Shown here piece after piece: positions 1 through 10,996 of a stretch of 64,000 nt of DNA (within the stretch, counting starts at the first letter, position 1; each line of letters starts with the position of its first letter). This DNA is from an uncultured bacterium (GTDB taxonomy: Bacteria; Zixibacteria; MSB-5A5; GN15; FEB-12): contig CBDVDR010000003.1 of the NCBI GenBank assembly GCA_965372795.1, positions 32,001 to 96,000 of the forward strand, written 5' to 3'. The notes under the pieces were generated by a model. That model had not been told where the DNA came from. It saw nothing but the letters and a program-made list of their open reading frames with translations, and did no database searches. Both the position numbers and the translations under genes were made by a program.

Positions 1-249
1 GGTATCAAGGGGCACCGCAATATGCCCGGCTCTCAACACCGCAAAAAATATTATTACATATTCAATCGAATTTTCATATAGAATTCCCACCCGTGATTGG
101 TTGGGAAGATCAAATGAATCAATCTGTTGAGCAACTATATCAGAATACAAAATCAGATTTTTGTATGTGATGTTGTTACTGCCATGAGTAACAGCAATGT
201 TATCTCCCGAAACAGACGCACCTTGTTTTAACAGATCAAAAAGTTCCAT
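1..249 (-). CDS. AMP-binding (acyl-CoA synthetase/adenylate-forming) enzyme, N-terminal part; runs off window start
   Basis: Own translation from ATG at 249: MELFDLLKQG...NIAVTHGSNNITYKNL...RVGILYENSIEYVIIFFAVLRAGHIAVPLDT, a typical ANL-family N-terminus; not in the ORF track. Confidence 0.8.
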   Translation of the reverse strand, partial: MELFDLLKQGASVSGDNIAVTHGSNNITYKNLILYSDIVAQQIDSFDLPNQSRVGILYENSIEYVIIFFAVLRAGHIAVPLDT

Positions 250-302
250 TATTTTAAATACTCAATCAAAAAAGTTGTTTCAATATTATATCGGAGAAAA
301 AT

Positions 303-3302
303 TTATTCATTTGATGTTTTTTTCTTACGATATCTTTTCGGTTTCAAAATCACTCCTTTATTGGAATGGCCGTTCATCCGAATTTCAACCGGGGTTTTGA
401 ATCGAATATGCTTAACATATTTCATCTTACTGACAGCTTTTCTTTTTTTCAACCAGGCCCAATCAATAAAATCATTCTCAGTATCGTTAACTGTGAAATA
501 TCCGACTCTGAATGAAGTTATATTCTGGAAAAAATGAGTCCCTTGCGAGGGTGTCACCGAAAAATCTTTGAAACTTGTTTCAACAATAACTCTCGCTTTT
601 GATATTTCATCCCATGTTACTGGAATTCCCAGCCATGGGTCAGATGAACCCCAGCGCCCTACTCCAATAAGAAGATAGGGAGTCTGATTATTGGTCATTT
701 GAATATTGTATTGATGAATCTCTTCGGCAACATCCCGACTTTTGGAGCGATCATATTTTGATTTATCAACAAAGACGATGTCATAAATTTCATCTATCCG
801 GCCATTTCCTAAAACCTGAGGAGATTGGCAAATTAAATCCTCTTTGTCAAAATCATCAACTTCCAATTCTTCCGCCTCATGACTTTTCACCAGTGGTCGT
901 ATCTGCAGGAACCCGAATTCCTTTGGTACTCCCGGTGGCGTTGACAAATTTACCGCAAATTCTATCTCTACCGGGGTGCTCATACCCCAGCTTCCCATCT
1001 CCATTAACAAATCAAGCATCTCCGGAAGAGGCATCAACTTATGTTTTAAGATCGGGGCAAAGGTAACCAGCCGAATTCCATCGCGGGAAGTACCATCAGA
1101 GATTGTATCATTTTCAGGAGAGTAAGTTGAGCCGACAAAAGACAACACTCCGTCTTCTTCGGAAACATCAAGATCAAATTGAACAAGTTCCATCACTTGA
1201 TTATAGTCCGGCTTATCATCAGGATCTTCAAACTGAACCGCATAAAAATCTTTTTGTGAATATTTTAAAGTATCTTCAACCGTCGAAAATTGATTCAGAT
1301 GTTTCGGATAGCGGGGACAAAATCGAATTGCACCCCGTCCTTCGACTACTGTTCTTCCCAAACCTAAGCCAACCGCCGCGATGCCATCTGATGTTTTCAT
1401 TGGAGGGAGAGGATAAAAATTGTGTGATCGAACTACCCCGGAAAAACTTGGATAGAATCTGTCTTTATGTCGCGCCCCAACCAGCTTCTGAATAATGACC
1501 GCCATTTTTTCTTCTTCAAGACGGTACGGAGTTGATTTAATATAATCTTTTGCATGCCGACAAAATGTTGAAGCAAATACTTTCTTAATAGCGGTTAATA
1601 ATTCATCAAGACGGATATTAGGTTCATGATGATTATTGGGCAGCATATAGGTTTCATAAATTCCGGCAAAGGGAAGGTAGCGGGAATCTTCAAGTAAACT
1701 TGAGGAGCGCACTGCAATCGGATAACGGATCAGGCTCAAAAAAGATCGGAGCTGTTCTTTATATACAATTGGAAAAGGGGCATCCACAAATTTATCAATA
1801 ATTTCCTTATCATTATCTGATTGGATAGCAAAATCACGTAGATGATTCTGTTCCAAAAATTGATCAAAAACATCACTGCCAAGAACAACCGATGGCGGTA
1901 CAAAAATCGAATAACCTTTATATTTTTCTGATACTTTAAAACTATTGATCAACGAATTGGCAAAACCCAAACCACGAGCCTTGCCTCCTAAAGAACCACT
2001 CCCTATTCGTGCGAAGCCCGAGTTAGTGTCAAATGAATCAGGATTAAAATCAGAGATGGAGCCAAGGTACTGTTCACGGCGGAAAGTGTGCAAAGAATTT
2101 ATTAAATCCTTTCTCATTTGATCGGTTGATTCATAGTCGGTAACACGACGCGGCCGAAGTTTGTGTGCCAGCCAGAATTCGGTTCGGGCTTTAAACCAGT
2201 TTGAAAAATGATTGCGTTCTGCATGATAAAGAATTGATTCATCCGGAATAGTATGCAATTTCTTTTCCAGTGATCGAAGATCATGAGCCCGGTCAACCTC
2301 AGAGCCATCGGGGAGCCGGAAAATAAAATCATCAAAACTCAAGCTGGTGCTCATGAATTCTCTTAAATCACGAAGCAGGGTCGGTGATGTTTTCAAACAA
2401 AACGAAGCTCCAATTTCATGGGCAATATCCTTGAACTTTTCAGAGTCAGATTGAAGTAATACCGGTATATCAAAATTGGATTCTTTGACTTTTTTGGCAA
2501 ATTCAATTCCTGCTTCTTCCGGCGGACAGGAATTACTTGGGAATTCAATATCGGAAATTACACCCAAAATATGTTTTTCAAATCGTGTGTAATAATCCAG
2601 CGCTTCTTCATAGGTGCCGCACAAAAGAATTTTGGGGCGAGCCCGCATTCTGAGAATACGATGCGAAGTATTAACACTCTCCGACATCAAACTCTGGGAA
2701 TGTTTTAATAATTCAGAATAGATTATCGGCATAAACGAAGAATAAAAATGAACATTATCTTCAATTAATATCAACGATTGAACCCCTGCTTTTTCAGTAT
2801 CGTAATCGACATTCATTTTATCTTCAATATACTTGATTATTGAAATAAGAATCCGATGATCACCCTGCCAGATAAATGTTTTTACAAAAACAGTGATATC
2901 ATAGTGAGTCGCCAGATCGGTTAGTTCCCGATTATCATAGGTTAACAAAACCACCGGAATTTCCATGCCAAGCTTAACAACCTTCTGGGCAAAATCTACA
3001 ACCGACATATCCATAATATTAGGGGTGGTAATAATCAGATCGAATCGTTTTTGTTCCTTGGCCATTTTAAGAGCTTCTTTGGCGCTGGACACCTGAGTTA
3101 TCGATGGAGCTTGTGACAAGTTCATAGTTTGATATTGAGAAAGAATCATTTCATAAAGCTGACCCTCTTCCTCAAGGATAAAAGAATCATACAGACTGGA
3201 GACAAGCAAAATTTCACGAACCCGATAGCGCATCAGATTTTGGAAAATTTTAAATCTATTCAGATAACTGTATTCTTTAATTAGTTTTTTGAAGTCAGAC
3301 AT
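303..3302 (-). CDS. Receiver-like domains fused to PEP/pyruvate-binding (PPDK_N, ATP-grasp) domain protein
   Basis: GSLGGKARGL, PIAVRSSSLLED, FAGIYET and MAVIIQKLVG motifs of the PEP-synthase nucleotide-binding domain; N-terminal REC-like segments (FDLIIT, ILGVISDIEFP). Confidence 0.8.
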   Translation of the reverse strand: MSDFKKLIKEYSYLNRFKIFQNLMRYRVREILLVSSLYDSFILEEEGQLYEMILSQYQTMNLSQAPSITQVSSAKEALKMAKEQKRFDLIITTPNIMDMSVVDFAQKVVKLGMEIPVVLLTYDNRELTDLATHYDITVFVKTFIWQGDHRILISIIKYIEDKMNVDYDTEKAGVQSLILIEDNVHFYSSFMPIIYSELLKHSQSLMSESVNTSHRILRMRARPKILLCGTYEEALDYYTRFEKHILGVISDIEFPSNSCPPEEAGIEFAKKVKESNFDIPVLLQSDSEKFKDIAHEIGASFCLKTSPTLLRDLREFMSTSLSFDDFIFRLPDGSEVDRAHDLRSLEKKLHTIPDESILYHAERNHFSNWFKARTEFWLAHKLRPRRVTDYESTDQMRKDLINSLHTFRREQYLGSISDFNPDSFDTNSGFARIGSGSLGGKARGLGFANSLINSFKVSEKYKGYSIFVPPSVVLGSDVFDQFLEQNHLRDFAIQSDNDKEIIDKFVDAPFPIVYKEQLRSFLSLIRYPIAVRSSSLLEDSRYLPFAGIYETYMLPNNHHEPNIRLDELLTAIKKVFASTFCRHAKDYIKSTPYRLEEEKMAVIIQKLVGARHKDRFYPSFSGVVRSHNFYPLPPMKTSDGIAAVGLGLGRTVVEGRGAIRFCPRYPKHLNQFSTVEDTLKYSQKDFYAVQFEDPDDKPDYNQVMELVQFDLDVSEEDGVLSFVGSTYSPENDTISDGTSRDGIRLVTFAPILKHKLMPLPEMLDLLMEMGSWGMSTPVEIEFAVNLSTPPGVPKEFGFLQIRPLVKSHEAEELEVDDFDKEDLICQSPQVLGNGRIDEIYDIVFVDKSKYDRSKSRDVAEEIHQYNIQMTNNQTPYLLIGVGRWGSSDPWLGIPVTWDEISKARVIVETSFKDFSVTPSQGTHFFQNITSFRVGYFTVNDTENDFIDWAWLKKRKAVSKMKYVKHIRFKTPVEIRMNGHSNKGVILKPKRYRKKKTSNE

Positions 3303-3351
3303 TTTTCTCCCGATTTTAGAGAATTAGATAAATATTGTACAGGAGTATAAT

Positions 3352-3386
3352 AAAAAACGGAGCGGATAAAATCCACTCCGTTTTTA
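3352..3386 (-). terminator. Intrinsic terminator after gdhA
   Basis: AAAAACGGAGCGGAT-aaa-ATCCACTCCGTTTTT hairpin with A/T tracts on both sides. Confidence 0.75.
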
Positions 3387-3411
3387 TATAAAAAGTGGTT
3401 TCAGAACTTTA

Positions 3412-4773
3412 TTAGACTAAGCCCTGATCCATCATAGCATCGGCGACTTTAAGGAAACCAGCGATATTAGCGCCATTTACGTAGTTACCGGGAGTACCAA
3501 ACCGTTCAGAAGCATCAACACAGGATTTGTGGATAGCTTTCATGATCTGCTGTAATTTGGCATCGACTTCTTCACGAGTCCAGCTGTAACGCATGCTGTT
3601 TTGTGACATTTCGAGACCGGATACTGCAACACCACCGGCATTTGCAGCTTTACCAGGACCATAGAGAATACCTTTATCGATGAATAGTTTTACACCATCT
3701 GGAACTGTAGGCATATTTGCGCCTTCAGAAACAACATAAATACCATTATCAAGCAGGTTCTGAGCGTCTTTTACATTAATTTCATTCTGGGTTGCACTTG
3801 GGAAAGCACAATCAGCCTTGTGGTTCCACAGTGGGTTGTAACCCAGATTAGGGTCAACCGGAGTATAAACAGCGGTTGAATACTTATCAGCATATTCTTT
3901 AATTCTGCCACGCTTTACATTTTTTAAATCCATGATAAAAGCGAGTTTTTCGCGATCAATACCGGCTTTATCATAAATGTAACCACCAGAATCAGAAGCT
4001 GTTACAACTTTACCGCCAAGATCAAGAATCTTTTCTGCGGCGTATTGATATACATTACCGGAACCGGAAACTAAGCAAGTTTTGCCTTTGATTGATTCTT
4101 TGCGAGTGGCAAGCATTTCAGCTGCAAAGTAAACTGCACCATAACCGGTTGCTTCCGGACGAATCAATGAACCACCCCAGTTGAGGCCTTTACCGGTTAA
4201 AACGCCGGTGAATTCGTTACGGAGTTTTTTATACATACCGAAAAGATAACCAATTTCACGACCGCCAACACCTATATCACCAGCTGGGATATCTGTGTTA
4301 GGTCCAATGTGACGACTTAATTCAGCCATGAAGCTCTGACAGAAACGCATGACTTCATTGTCACTTTTTCCTTTAGGATCAAAATCTGATCCACCTTTAC
4401 CACCGCCCATTGGCAGAGTGGTCAACGCATTTTTGAATACCTGTTCAAAGGCAAGGAATTTCAAAATGCCAAGATTTACTGAAGGATGAAAACGTAAGCC
4501 GCCTTTGTATGGTCCAATAGCGGAATTCATTTCAATACGGAAACCACGATTGACCTGGACTTCGCCCTGATCATTCATCCAAGGTACGCGAAACATTAGT
4601 ACGCGTTCCGGTTCTACGATTCTTTCTAAAATTTTTGCGCTGCGGTATTCAGGATGTTTTTCCAATACCAATTCAAGTGATTCGGCAACTTCTTCGACAG
4701 CCTGGATAAATTCAGGTTGAGCCTGGTTTTTTGCTTTAACCTGAGCCATAAATTGATCAAAAAATTCTGACAT
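3412..4773 (-). CDS. gdhA: NADP-specific glutamate dehydrogenase
   Basis: GPYKGGLRFHP, GGGKGGSDFDPKGKS, DIPAGDIGVG, RPEATGYG, GKAANAGGVAVS. Confidence 0.97.
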   Translation of the reverse strand: MSEFFDQFMAQVKAKNQAQPEFIQAVEEVAESLELVLEKHPEYRSAKILERIVEPERVLMFRVPWMNDQGEVQVNRGFRIEMNSAIGPYKGGLRFHPSVNLGILKFLAFEQVFKNALTTLPMGGGKGGSDFDPKGKSDNEVMRFCQSFMAELSRHIGPNTDIPAGDIGVGGREIGYLFGMYKKLRNEFTGVLTGKGLNWGGSLIRPEATGYGAVYFAAEMLATRKESIKGKTCLVSGSGNVYQYAAEKILDLGGKVVTASDSGGYIYDKAGIDREKLAFIMDLKNVKRGRIKEYADKYSTAVYTPVDPNLGYNPLWNHKADCAFPSATQNEINVKDAQNLLDNGIYVVSEGANMPTVPDGVKLFIDKGILYGPGKAANAGGVAVSGLEMSQNSMRYSWTREEVDAKLQQIMKAIHKSCVDASERFGTPGNYVNGANIAGFLKVADAMMDQGLV

Positions 4774-4955
4774 TTACAATCTCCTTTTAAAGATTCAAAA
4801 TAAATCTATTTCTCTAACTTAAAACCTGTCTAATAGTGTGTGGAATATGTCAAAAAGAAAATAAATAGCAATCGGTATAACTATGTATTTTTAAAAGGAA
4901 AAGACCTTAGCTGTTTTTAAGTATTTGGCTGTTATGTAATAAGTTAGACGGATTG

Positions 4956-5609
4956 TCAGGCTTCGATAATATGATTCCGTATACAGTATTTTACTATATC
5001 GGTAACATTCTTAGCTTTTAACTTTTTCATGATTGCCGCTCGGTGCGTTTCAGCGGTTTTGGGGCTGATATTTAAAAATTCCGCTGCTTCTTTTGTTGAG
5101 TAGCCATCGGCTAAAAGGCGTGCTAATTCTTTTTCCCGAGGGGTCATTAAGCCGCCTGAATTTCGGGTTTTCAGATGAGTGTTTACATAGGATGCGACCA
5201 TATCGGGACCGATTTCACCGGATATATAATAATCACCGAACGATGCTTTTCGCACAGCATAAATCAATTCATCATAATCACAGGTTTTCAATAGATACCC
5301 GCGACCGCCCGCTTCGAACCCATTCCGTACATTTTCTTCCTGATACGAAGCTGCAAGAAAAAGGACTTCTGTATTTAAATTAGCTTCTTTTATGCGCTTA
5401 CTGACTGTAATGCCATCCAAAACAGGTAAAATTATGTTTGTTACAAGTACATCTGGTTTTTGAGAAAAAATGAGATCCAAAGCATCATGCCCGTTACTTG
5501 CCTCGCCGACTATTTCAACTTCGCTATCAGCTTCAAATAATGCTATAACCCCTTTTCTAAAAAGAGTTTGACTATCGGCGACAATAACTTTAATAATTTT
5601 TTTATGCAT
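4956..5609 (-). CDS. NarL/LuxR-family response regulator (phospho-acceptor Asp appears replaced: PDVLVTNI)
   Basis: REC domain plus LMTPREKE...GYSTKEAAEFLNISPKTAETHR HTH. Confidence 0.9.
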   Translation of the reverse strand: MHKKIIKVIVADSQTLFRKGVIALFEADSEVEIVGEASNGHDALDLIFSQKPDVLVTNIILPVLDGITVSKRIKEANLNTEVLFLAASYQEENVRNGFEAGGRGYLLKTCDYDELIYAVRKASFGDYYISGEIGPDMVASYVNTHLKTRNSGGLMTPREKELARLLADGYSTKEAAEFLNISPKTAETHRAAIMKKLKAKNVTDIVKYCIRNHIIEA

Positions 5610-5894
5610 AATTCTTTAGAAAATATAAACAAAAATTTTGAAATAATGTCAACCGAAGTTGTGTATTTAAGTTGTATTGTGCTCATTAAAATAAGAATTA
5701 TTTTTATTTGAAATCCACAAATTGAACATAATAGCTTGATTTTTTCAGATTAATCCTCTACTATTTCATCTAATAATTACAATAGACTATGATCAAGGGA
5801 CCACAATTCTATTATTACTGTTCAATATCCTTCTGGATAATCTCGTTTATATCTCTGAGAATTAAATAAAAGTTAATGATAAATGGAGGCTTGT

Positions 5895-8732
5895 ATGAAT
5901 TTATTAAATGGGAGAAAATCTACCGTTTTATTCATTACTGCAATTTTATTAAGCTGCTTGTTCACTTCAGTTAGTTTCGCCGCTGAAACTTTGCATGGTG
6001 TTATTTTAGACACCAGTAATGACAAACCGTTGATAGGGGCTACTATCCGGATGGGTAAAACCGATGGAAGTACTGCTGCAATGGAGGCTATGACTGACAG
6101 TGAAGGAAAATATGAAATTAGTGATTTGTCTTCTGGAACTTATGATTTAATCATTACTTTTATTGGTTTCAAAAGTGAAGTACTCAAAAAAATTGTTATT
6201 GTAGATGGTGCCAACAATGAAATTAATATCTCCTTGATTCCTTCTGCAATCAATTTGGATGCTGTCTCGGTAACAGCATCACGCCGTAAAGAAAAACTTC
6301 TCGATGCCCCGGCATCTGTATCAGTTGTTACTAGCGACCAAATCCGGGAGCAGGCTGCTTTAACTCCTACCGATCATATCAAAGGATTACCGGCAGTTGA
6401 TATTGCCAAAACCGGATTAAATCAATCAAATGTCGTTGTCAGAGGTTTTAACAATATTTTCTCTGGCGCTATGTTGGTGATGACCGACAATCGTATTGCT
6501 CGGGTACCATCACTTAGATTTAATGCTTATAATTTTATTGCTACTACTAATGAAGATATTGAACGCATCGAAGTTGTCTCTGGACCGGGCTCAGCCCTTT
6601 ATGGTCCTAACAGTGCCAACGGCGTGATGCATATTATGACGCGTTCACCATTCAATTCTCAGGGTACCACAGTTACTTTGGGTGGTGGTGAAAGATCAGT
6701 CGGTCTGGGATCATTCCGTCATGCCGGTGTTCTCAATGAAAAAGTCGGCTACAAAATTTCAGGTCAATATTATCAGGGAAGTGACTGGGAACATCACGAA
6801 TCGCAGGAACCGGATTCAATTAGATTATTCCGTCCGACCTTTGAAGGTCCTGATTACACCACTGGTATAATCTCAAATGCCCGTGATTTCGATATTGAAA
6901 AAATGGCTGGTGAAGGACGTCTTGATTTTAGCCTGAATGATAACAGCATGTTGATTTTTAATGCCGGTTTCAATCGTTCCAGCAGTATCGAACTAACCGG
7001 CTTAGGTGCCGGACAGGCTATCGACTGGATCTATTCATACGGTCAGGCAAGATATACTTACAAAGATCTTTTTGTTCAAGCCTTTGTGAATATGAGTGAT
7101 GCCGGTGATACTTATCTGTTAAACACCGGTCAGTTAATCGTTGATAAATCAAAACTCTGGGTTGGACAAATTCAACACAGTTATGAATTAAGTGAAAAAC
7201 AGAGATTCACCTATGGCTTTGATGCTATTTTTACTCGCCCTCAAACGGATGAAACTATCAACGGGCGTAATGAAAATGATGATGACATCAACGAATACGG
7301 CGGATATGTTCAATCAGAAACAGTTTTAAGTGAAAGATTCAAATTTACTACAGCTCTTCGTTTGGACGAGAACAGCCGTTTGGAAGATATGGTCGTCTCT
7401 CCTCGCGCAGCATTGTCATTTAAACCGAATAGTAAAAATAATTTCCGGGCAACTTACAACCGTGCCTACGATACACCGGATAACAACAACCTGTTTTTGG
7501 ACCTGCTCTCTGTCTCTGACTTAGGTGACATCGGAAAGTCTTTTGGTTTATCACAGGGTTTTGATATCCGCGTTCAGGGAGTTCCTGAAAGTGGTTTTCA
7601 TTGGGAAATGAACGGTGATGACCCGGCGACTTTCTATTCTCCGTTTGCTGTGATGGCTGGGATGACTCCCACAACTCCAATCAACTATAATGACCCGATG
7701 TTTACCAATGTCATGTGGGCTGCCGGAAGCGGGGCAGTATATAGTGGTCTTGCTGAACAGCTAACAGCATTAGGGAAAACTCCTGAAGAAGTGAATGCAA
7801 TGATTAATATTGTTGGATCAGTTGTACCTTCTACAGTATCTGAAGTAAACAATACTCTGATGGTTTTTGATCCGAACCTGGCGACATTTGTACCTTTCAA
7901 TTCAACCGACATTAAAGACATTGACAGAATCAAGCCGACTATTACCCAGACCTTTGAATTGGGTTACAAAGGTGTCGTCAATAATAATCTGGCTTTGACC
8001 CTTGATGTTTATTATACCAAAAAGAATGATTTCATCGGACCGTTGACTGTTGAATCACCGTCTGTGTTTTTAGATCCGGCTACCCTCGGCTTAGAAGTAG
8101 GAACTGATATAGCTACTGCCTATGCAACTGCAGATCCTATTATACAGGATGCACTTTTAACGTTAGATTCAATTAAATACGGTGGAAATGGAAATGGATC
8201 CCCAGTTGATGAATTAACAGTAATGTTTGTTGGTGGTGCGGCTTCAGTTCCATTTGGTACTGTAAGTCCCGAAGGTGCTTTTAACCCGGAAGCCATCTTA
8301 GTCACCTATCGCAACTTTGGCGATGTTGATTACTTTGGTGCCGATCTTGGCGCAAAATATCACATGAATCAAAATATTGATTTTGGTGGCACTTTCTCAA
8401 TCATCTCCAAAAATCATTTTGAAGAATTTGATATTGATATGAATGCCCCGCAATATAAAGGAAGTATGTTCATTAATTACCATCAGCCTAAATGGGGTCT
8501 GAACACAGGTCTCCGTTATCGCTGGGTTGATGCTTTTCCAATGACGGGACCATTTGCAGGTGAATATGTCAATGCTTATGGGATGATTGATTTAAATGTT
8601 AATTATGATTTCCTGGCAAATACCAGATTCTCGCTGACAGTACAGAATATTATGGATTATAAACATATCGAATTTGTTGGCGCACCGAAAATCGGACGTC
8701 TGGCAATTATGAGAGTGACCCAATCCTTCTAA
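5895..8732 (+). CDS. TonB-dependent receptor with N-terminal carboxypeptidase-regulatory-like domain
   Basis: Signal peptide, VSVTASRRKEKLLDAPASVSVV plug, IERIEVVSGPGSALYG, C-terminal Phe; GGAGG RBS favours ATG 5895 over 5883. Confidence 0.92.
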   Translation: MNLLNGRKSTVLFITAILLSCLFTSVSFAAETLHGVILDTSNDKPLIGATIRMGKTDGSTAAMEAMTDSEGKYEISDLSSGTYDLIITFIGFKSEVLKKIVIVDGANNEINISLIPSAINLDAVSVTASRRKEKLLDAPASVSVVTSDQIREQAALTPTDHIKGLPAVDIAKTGLNQSNVVVRGFNNIFSGAMLVMTDNRIARVPSLRFNAYNFIATTNEDIERIEVVSGPGSALYGPNSANGVMHIMTRSPFNSQGTTVTLGGGERSVGLGSFRHAGVLNEKVGYKISGQYYQGSDWEHHESQEPDSIRLFRPTFEGPDYTTGIISNARDFDIEKMAGEGRLDFSLNDNSMLIFNAGFNRSSSIELTGLGAGQAIDWIYSYGQARYTYKDLFVQAFVNMSDAGDTYLLNTGQLIVDKSKLWVGQIQHSYELSEKQRFTYGFDAIFTRPQTDETINGRNENDDDINEYGGYVQSETVLSERFKFTTALRLDENSRLEDMVVSPRAALSFKPNSKNNFRATYNRAYDTPDNNNLFLDLLSVSDLGDIGKSFGLSQGFDIRVQGVPESGFHWEMNGDDPATFYSPFAVMAGMTPTTPINYNDPMFTNVMWAAGSGAVYSGLAEQLTALGKTPEEVNAMINIVGSVVPSTVSEVNNTLMVFDPNLATFVPFNSTDIKDIDRIKPTITQTFELGYKGVVNNNLALTLDVYYTKKNDFIGPLTVESPSVFLDPATLGLEVGTDIATAYATADPIIQDALLTLDSIKYGGNGNGSPVDELTVMFVGGAASVPFGTVSPEGAFNPEAILVTYRNFGDVDYFGADLGAKYHMNQNIDFGGTFSIISKNHFEEFDIDMNAPQYKGSMFINYHQPKWGLNTGLRYRWVDAFPMTGPFAGEYVNAYGMIDLNVNYDFLANTRFSLTVQNIMDYKHIEFVGAPKIGRLAIMRVTQSF

Positions 8733-8757
8733 TATTTTTAAGTATCTGAATAAATTT

Positions 8758-8786
8758 CCGGCAGGTGAAGACCTGCCGGTTTTTTT
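8758..8786 (+). terminator. Intrinsic terminator
   Basis: CCGGCAGGT-gaag-ACCTGCCGG followed by T7. Confidence 0.9.
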
Positions 8787-9086
8787 ATATATTTAACTAA
8801 AATCCCATATTTTTTTGCAAATTTCACGAAAAAACTCGAAATAAATTTTTTATTCCATATCCCTATGCGTAACAATCCCTTGTGGGTGGTAAAAAGGCGA
8901 TCCTCATACTATTAATGACTTGCGAAATCTTCGGTTTTCGCTATATTACTAAGCTTTTCGGTCATAGAAAGGGCATATTATGCCCAAAAATGACTAAAAA
9001 CGAGTGGATAGTTATTACCTGAACTTTAGGTAATTGGATTATATTAGTACATTAACGAATGTTAACGTACAAAATGAAGAGTTAAA

Positions 9087-10409
9087 ATGTTTGATGCGTT
9101 GTCTGAAAAATTAGAGCTGACTTTTAAGAAGCTTCGTGGTGCCGGAAAATTATCCGAACGCAATATCAAGGATTCGATGCGTGAGGTCCGACAGGCACTT
9201 TTAGAGGCAGATGTAAATTATAAAGTTGCTCGTGATTTTGTGAAAGCGGTAGAGCTTAAGGCTGTCGGTACCGAGGTGATGAAGTCTATCGAACCGGGAC
9301 AACTGATTGTTAAAATTGTTCATGAAGAGCTTGTCAAACTATTAGGAACCAAAGCCGAGCCACTGGCTCCGGTTATAAAAACTCCTACGGTTTATATGAT
9401 TTGCGGTTTACAGGGTTCCGGTAAAACAACTTTGACTGGCAAGCTGGCGTTAATGTACAAACGCAAAAATAAAAAAACATTGATGGTAGCTGCCGATATA
9501 CATCGTCCGGCTGCCGTGAAACAGCTCAAAGTATTAGCCGACTCAATTGATGTCGAGCATTTTTTCGTTGAAGGAAAACAACCTAAGGAAATCTGCCGTG
9601 AAGCAGTTAAATATGCAGAAAAGAATTTTATTGATCTGGTGATTCTTGATACCGCCGGAAGGTTGCATGTTGATGATGAGTTGATGAAAGAACTTGAAGA
9701 TATTAAAGCTTTGACCAAACCGGATGAAATTCTTCTGGTGGCTGACAGTATGACCGGTCAGGACGCGGTTAATGTTGCCAAAGAGTTTCATGACCGTTTG
9801 GATATCTCCGGCGTAGTTTTATCAAAACTTGATGGTGACGCCCGTGGCGGCGCCGCTCTTTCGATAAGACACGTAACCGGTTGTCCAATCAAGTTAGCAT
9901 CTATAGGTGAAAAATTATCCGAGCTTGAAGTATTCCACCCCGACCGTTTAGCATCACGCATTTTAGGTATGGGTGATATTGTCTCTCTGGTGGAAAAAGC
10001 CTCCCAAACGATTGACTTGGAAAAAGCTCAACAGATGCAAGAAAAGCTGCTTAAATCTAAATTTGATTTTGAGGATTTTCTTGAACAGATGCAGCAGATT
10101 AGAAAAATGGGACCCCTCGATTCCCTGATGGGAATGATTCCGGGAGCAGGAAAAGCTATGAAAGGTATGAAAGTTGATGAAAAAGAAGTCAACCGGATGC
10201 TGGCGATAATTCAATCGATGACTACCGAAGAACGACGAAACCCGAAAGTTATAGATGGCTCAAGAAAAAAAAGAATTGCAGCCGGTTCGGGTAATTCGGT
10301 TCAAGCGGTAAACCAACTGTTAAAACAGTTTAGCGGAATGCAAAAAATGTTTAATAATATGAATAAAATGAAGTTCAAAGGTCTCCCTAAAGGGATGATG
10401 CCTTTTTAG
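9087..10409 (+). CDS. ffh: Signal recognition particle protein
   Basis: GLQGSGKTT, DTAGR, KLDGDARGGAALS, Met-rich M domain. Confidence 0.98.
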   Translation: MFDALSEKLELTFKKLRGAGKLSERNIKDSMREVRQALLEADVNYKVARDFVKAVELKAVGTEVMKSIEPGQLIVKIVHEELVKLLGTKAEPLAPVIKTPTVYMICGLQGSGKTTLTGKLALMYKRKNKKTLMVAADIHRPAAVKQLKVLADSIDVEHFFVEGKQPKEICREAVKYAEKNFIDLVILDTAGRLHVDDELMKELEDIKALTKPDEILLVADSMTGQDAVNVAKEFHDRLDISGVVLSKLDGDARGGAALSIRHVTGCPIKLASIGEKLSELEVFHPDRLASRILGMGDIVSLVEKASQTIDLEKAQQMQEKLLKSKFDFEDFLEQMQQIRKMGPLDSLMGMIPGAGKAMKGMKVDEKEVNRMLAIIQSMTTEERRNPKVIDGSRKKRIAAGSGNSVQAVNQLLKQFSGMQKMFNNMNKMKFKGLPKGMMPF

Positions 10410-10434
10410 AACTTCAAAGAAGGAGGATTCTTTT

Positions 10435-10899
10435 TTGGCCGTACACATTAGACTTCGTCGGATGGGCGCAAAAAAACAGCCGTTCTATCGTATAGTGGCT
10501 GCTGACTCGCGCCGTGCCCGTGACGGACGTTTCCTTGAGATTCTAGGAACCTACAATCCAATTAAAACGCCCGCTGTAGTTCAGCTTGAAAGTGATAAAC
10601 TTACCAAATGGCTTAATGAAGGTGCAATTCCATCAGATACTGTTAACTCTCTGCTAACCCAAATTGGGTTTAATGAAATGTATCAAAAAGCCAAAAAGGG
10701 TGAGGATGTCTCAGGAATTGAACTTAAAACAACAATCAAGGAACGCCCTAAAAAAACTCGGAAAATGAAAAAAGCAGCAATTGTTGCTGAAGAAGCTAAA
10801 AAAGTAGAAGCTGAAGCAAAAGCCAAAGCCGCCGAAGAAGCCAAAGCTGCTGAAGCTAAAAAAGCTGAGGAAAAATCAGAAGATAAAACTAAAGAATAA
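10435..10899 (+). CDS. rpsP: 30S ribosomal protein S16 with Ala/Lys/Glu-rich C-terminal extension
   Basis: IRLRRMGAKKQPFYRIVAADSRRARDGRFLE; AGGAGG RBS with TTG start. Confidence 0.97.
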   Translation: MAVHIRLRRMGAKKQPFYRIVAADSRRARDGRFLEILGTYNPIKTPAVVQLESDKLTKWLNEGAIPSDTVNSLLTQIGFNEMYQKAKKGEDVSGIELKTTIKERPKKTRKMKKAAIVAEEAKKVEAEAKAKAAEEAKAAEAKKAEEKSEDKTKE

Positions 10900-10996
10900 G
10901 AATACTTGATTTTAAAATGACTTTTTCACTACAGGATTTGATTTATTAATTATGTGACGGAATCTCGATCACAAACTGAATTGAAAGGACTACGAA

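Noticed and set aside
303..3302. ppsA (PEP synthase)
   Set aside because: Only the nucleotide-binding domain is recognisable; symbol withheld
8880..9086. SRP RNA or riboswitch upstream of ffh
   Set aside because: Several small hairpins, but I could not find the SRP domain-IV motif or any riboswitch consensus
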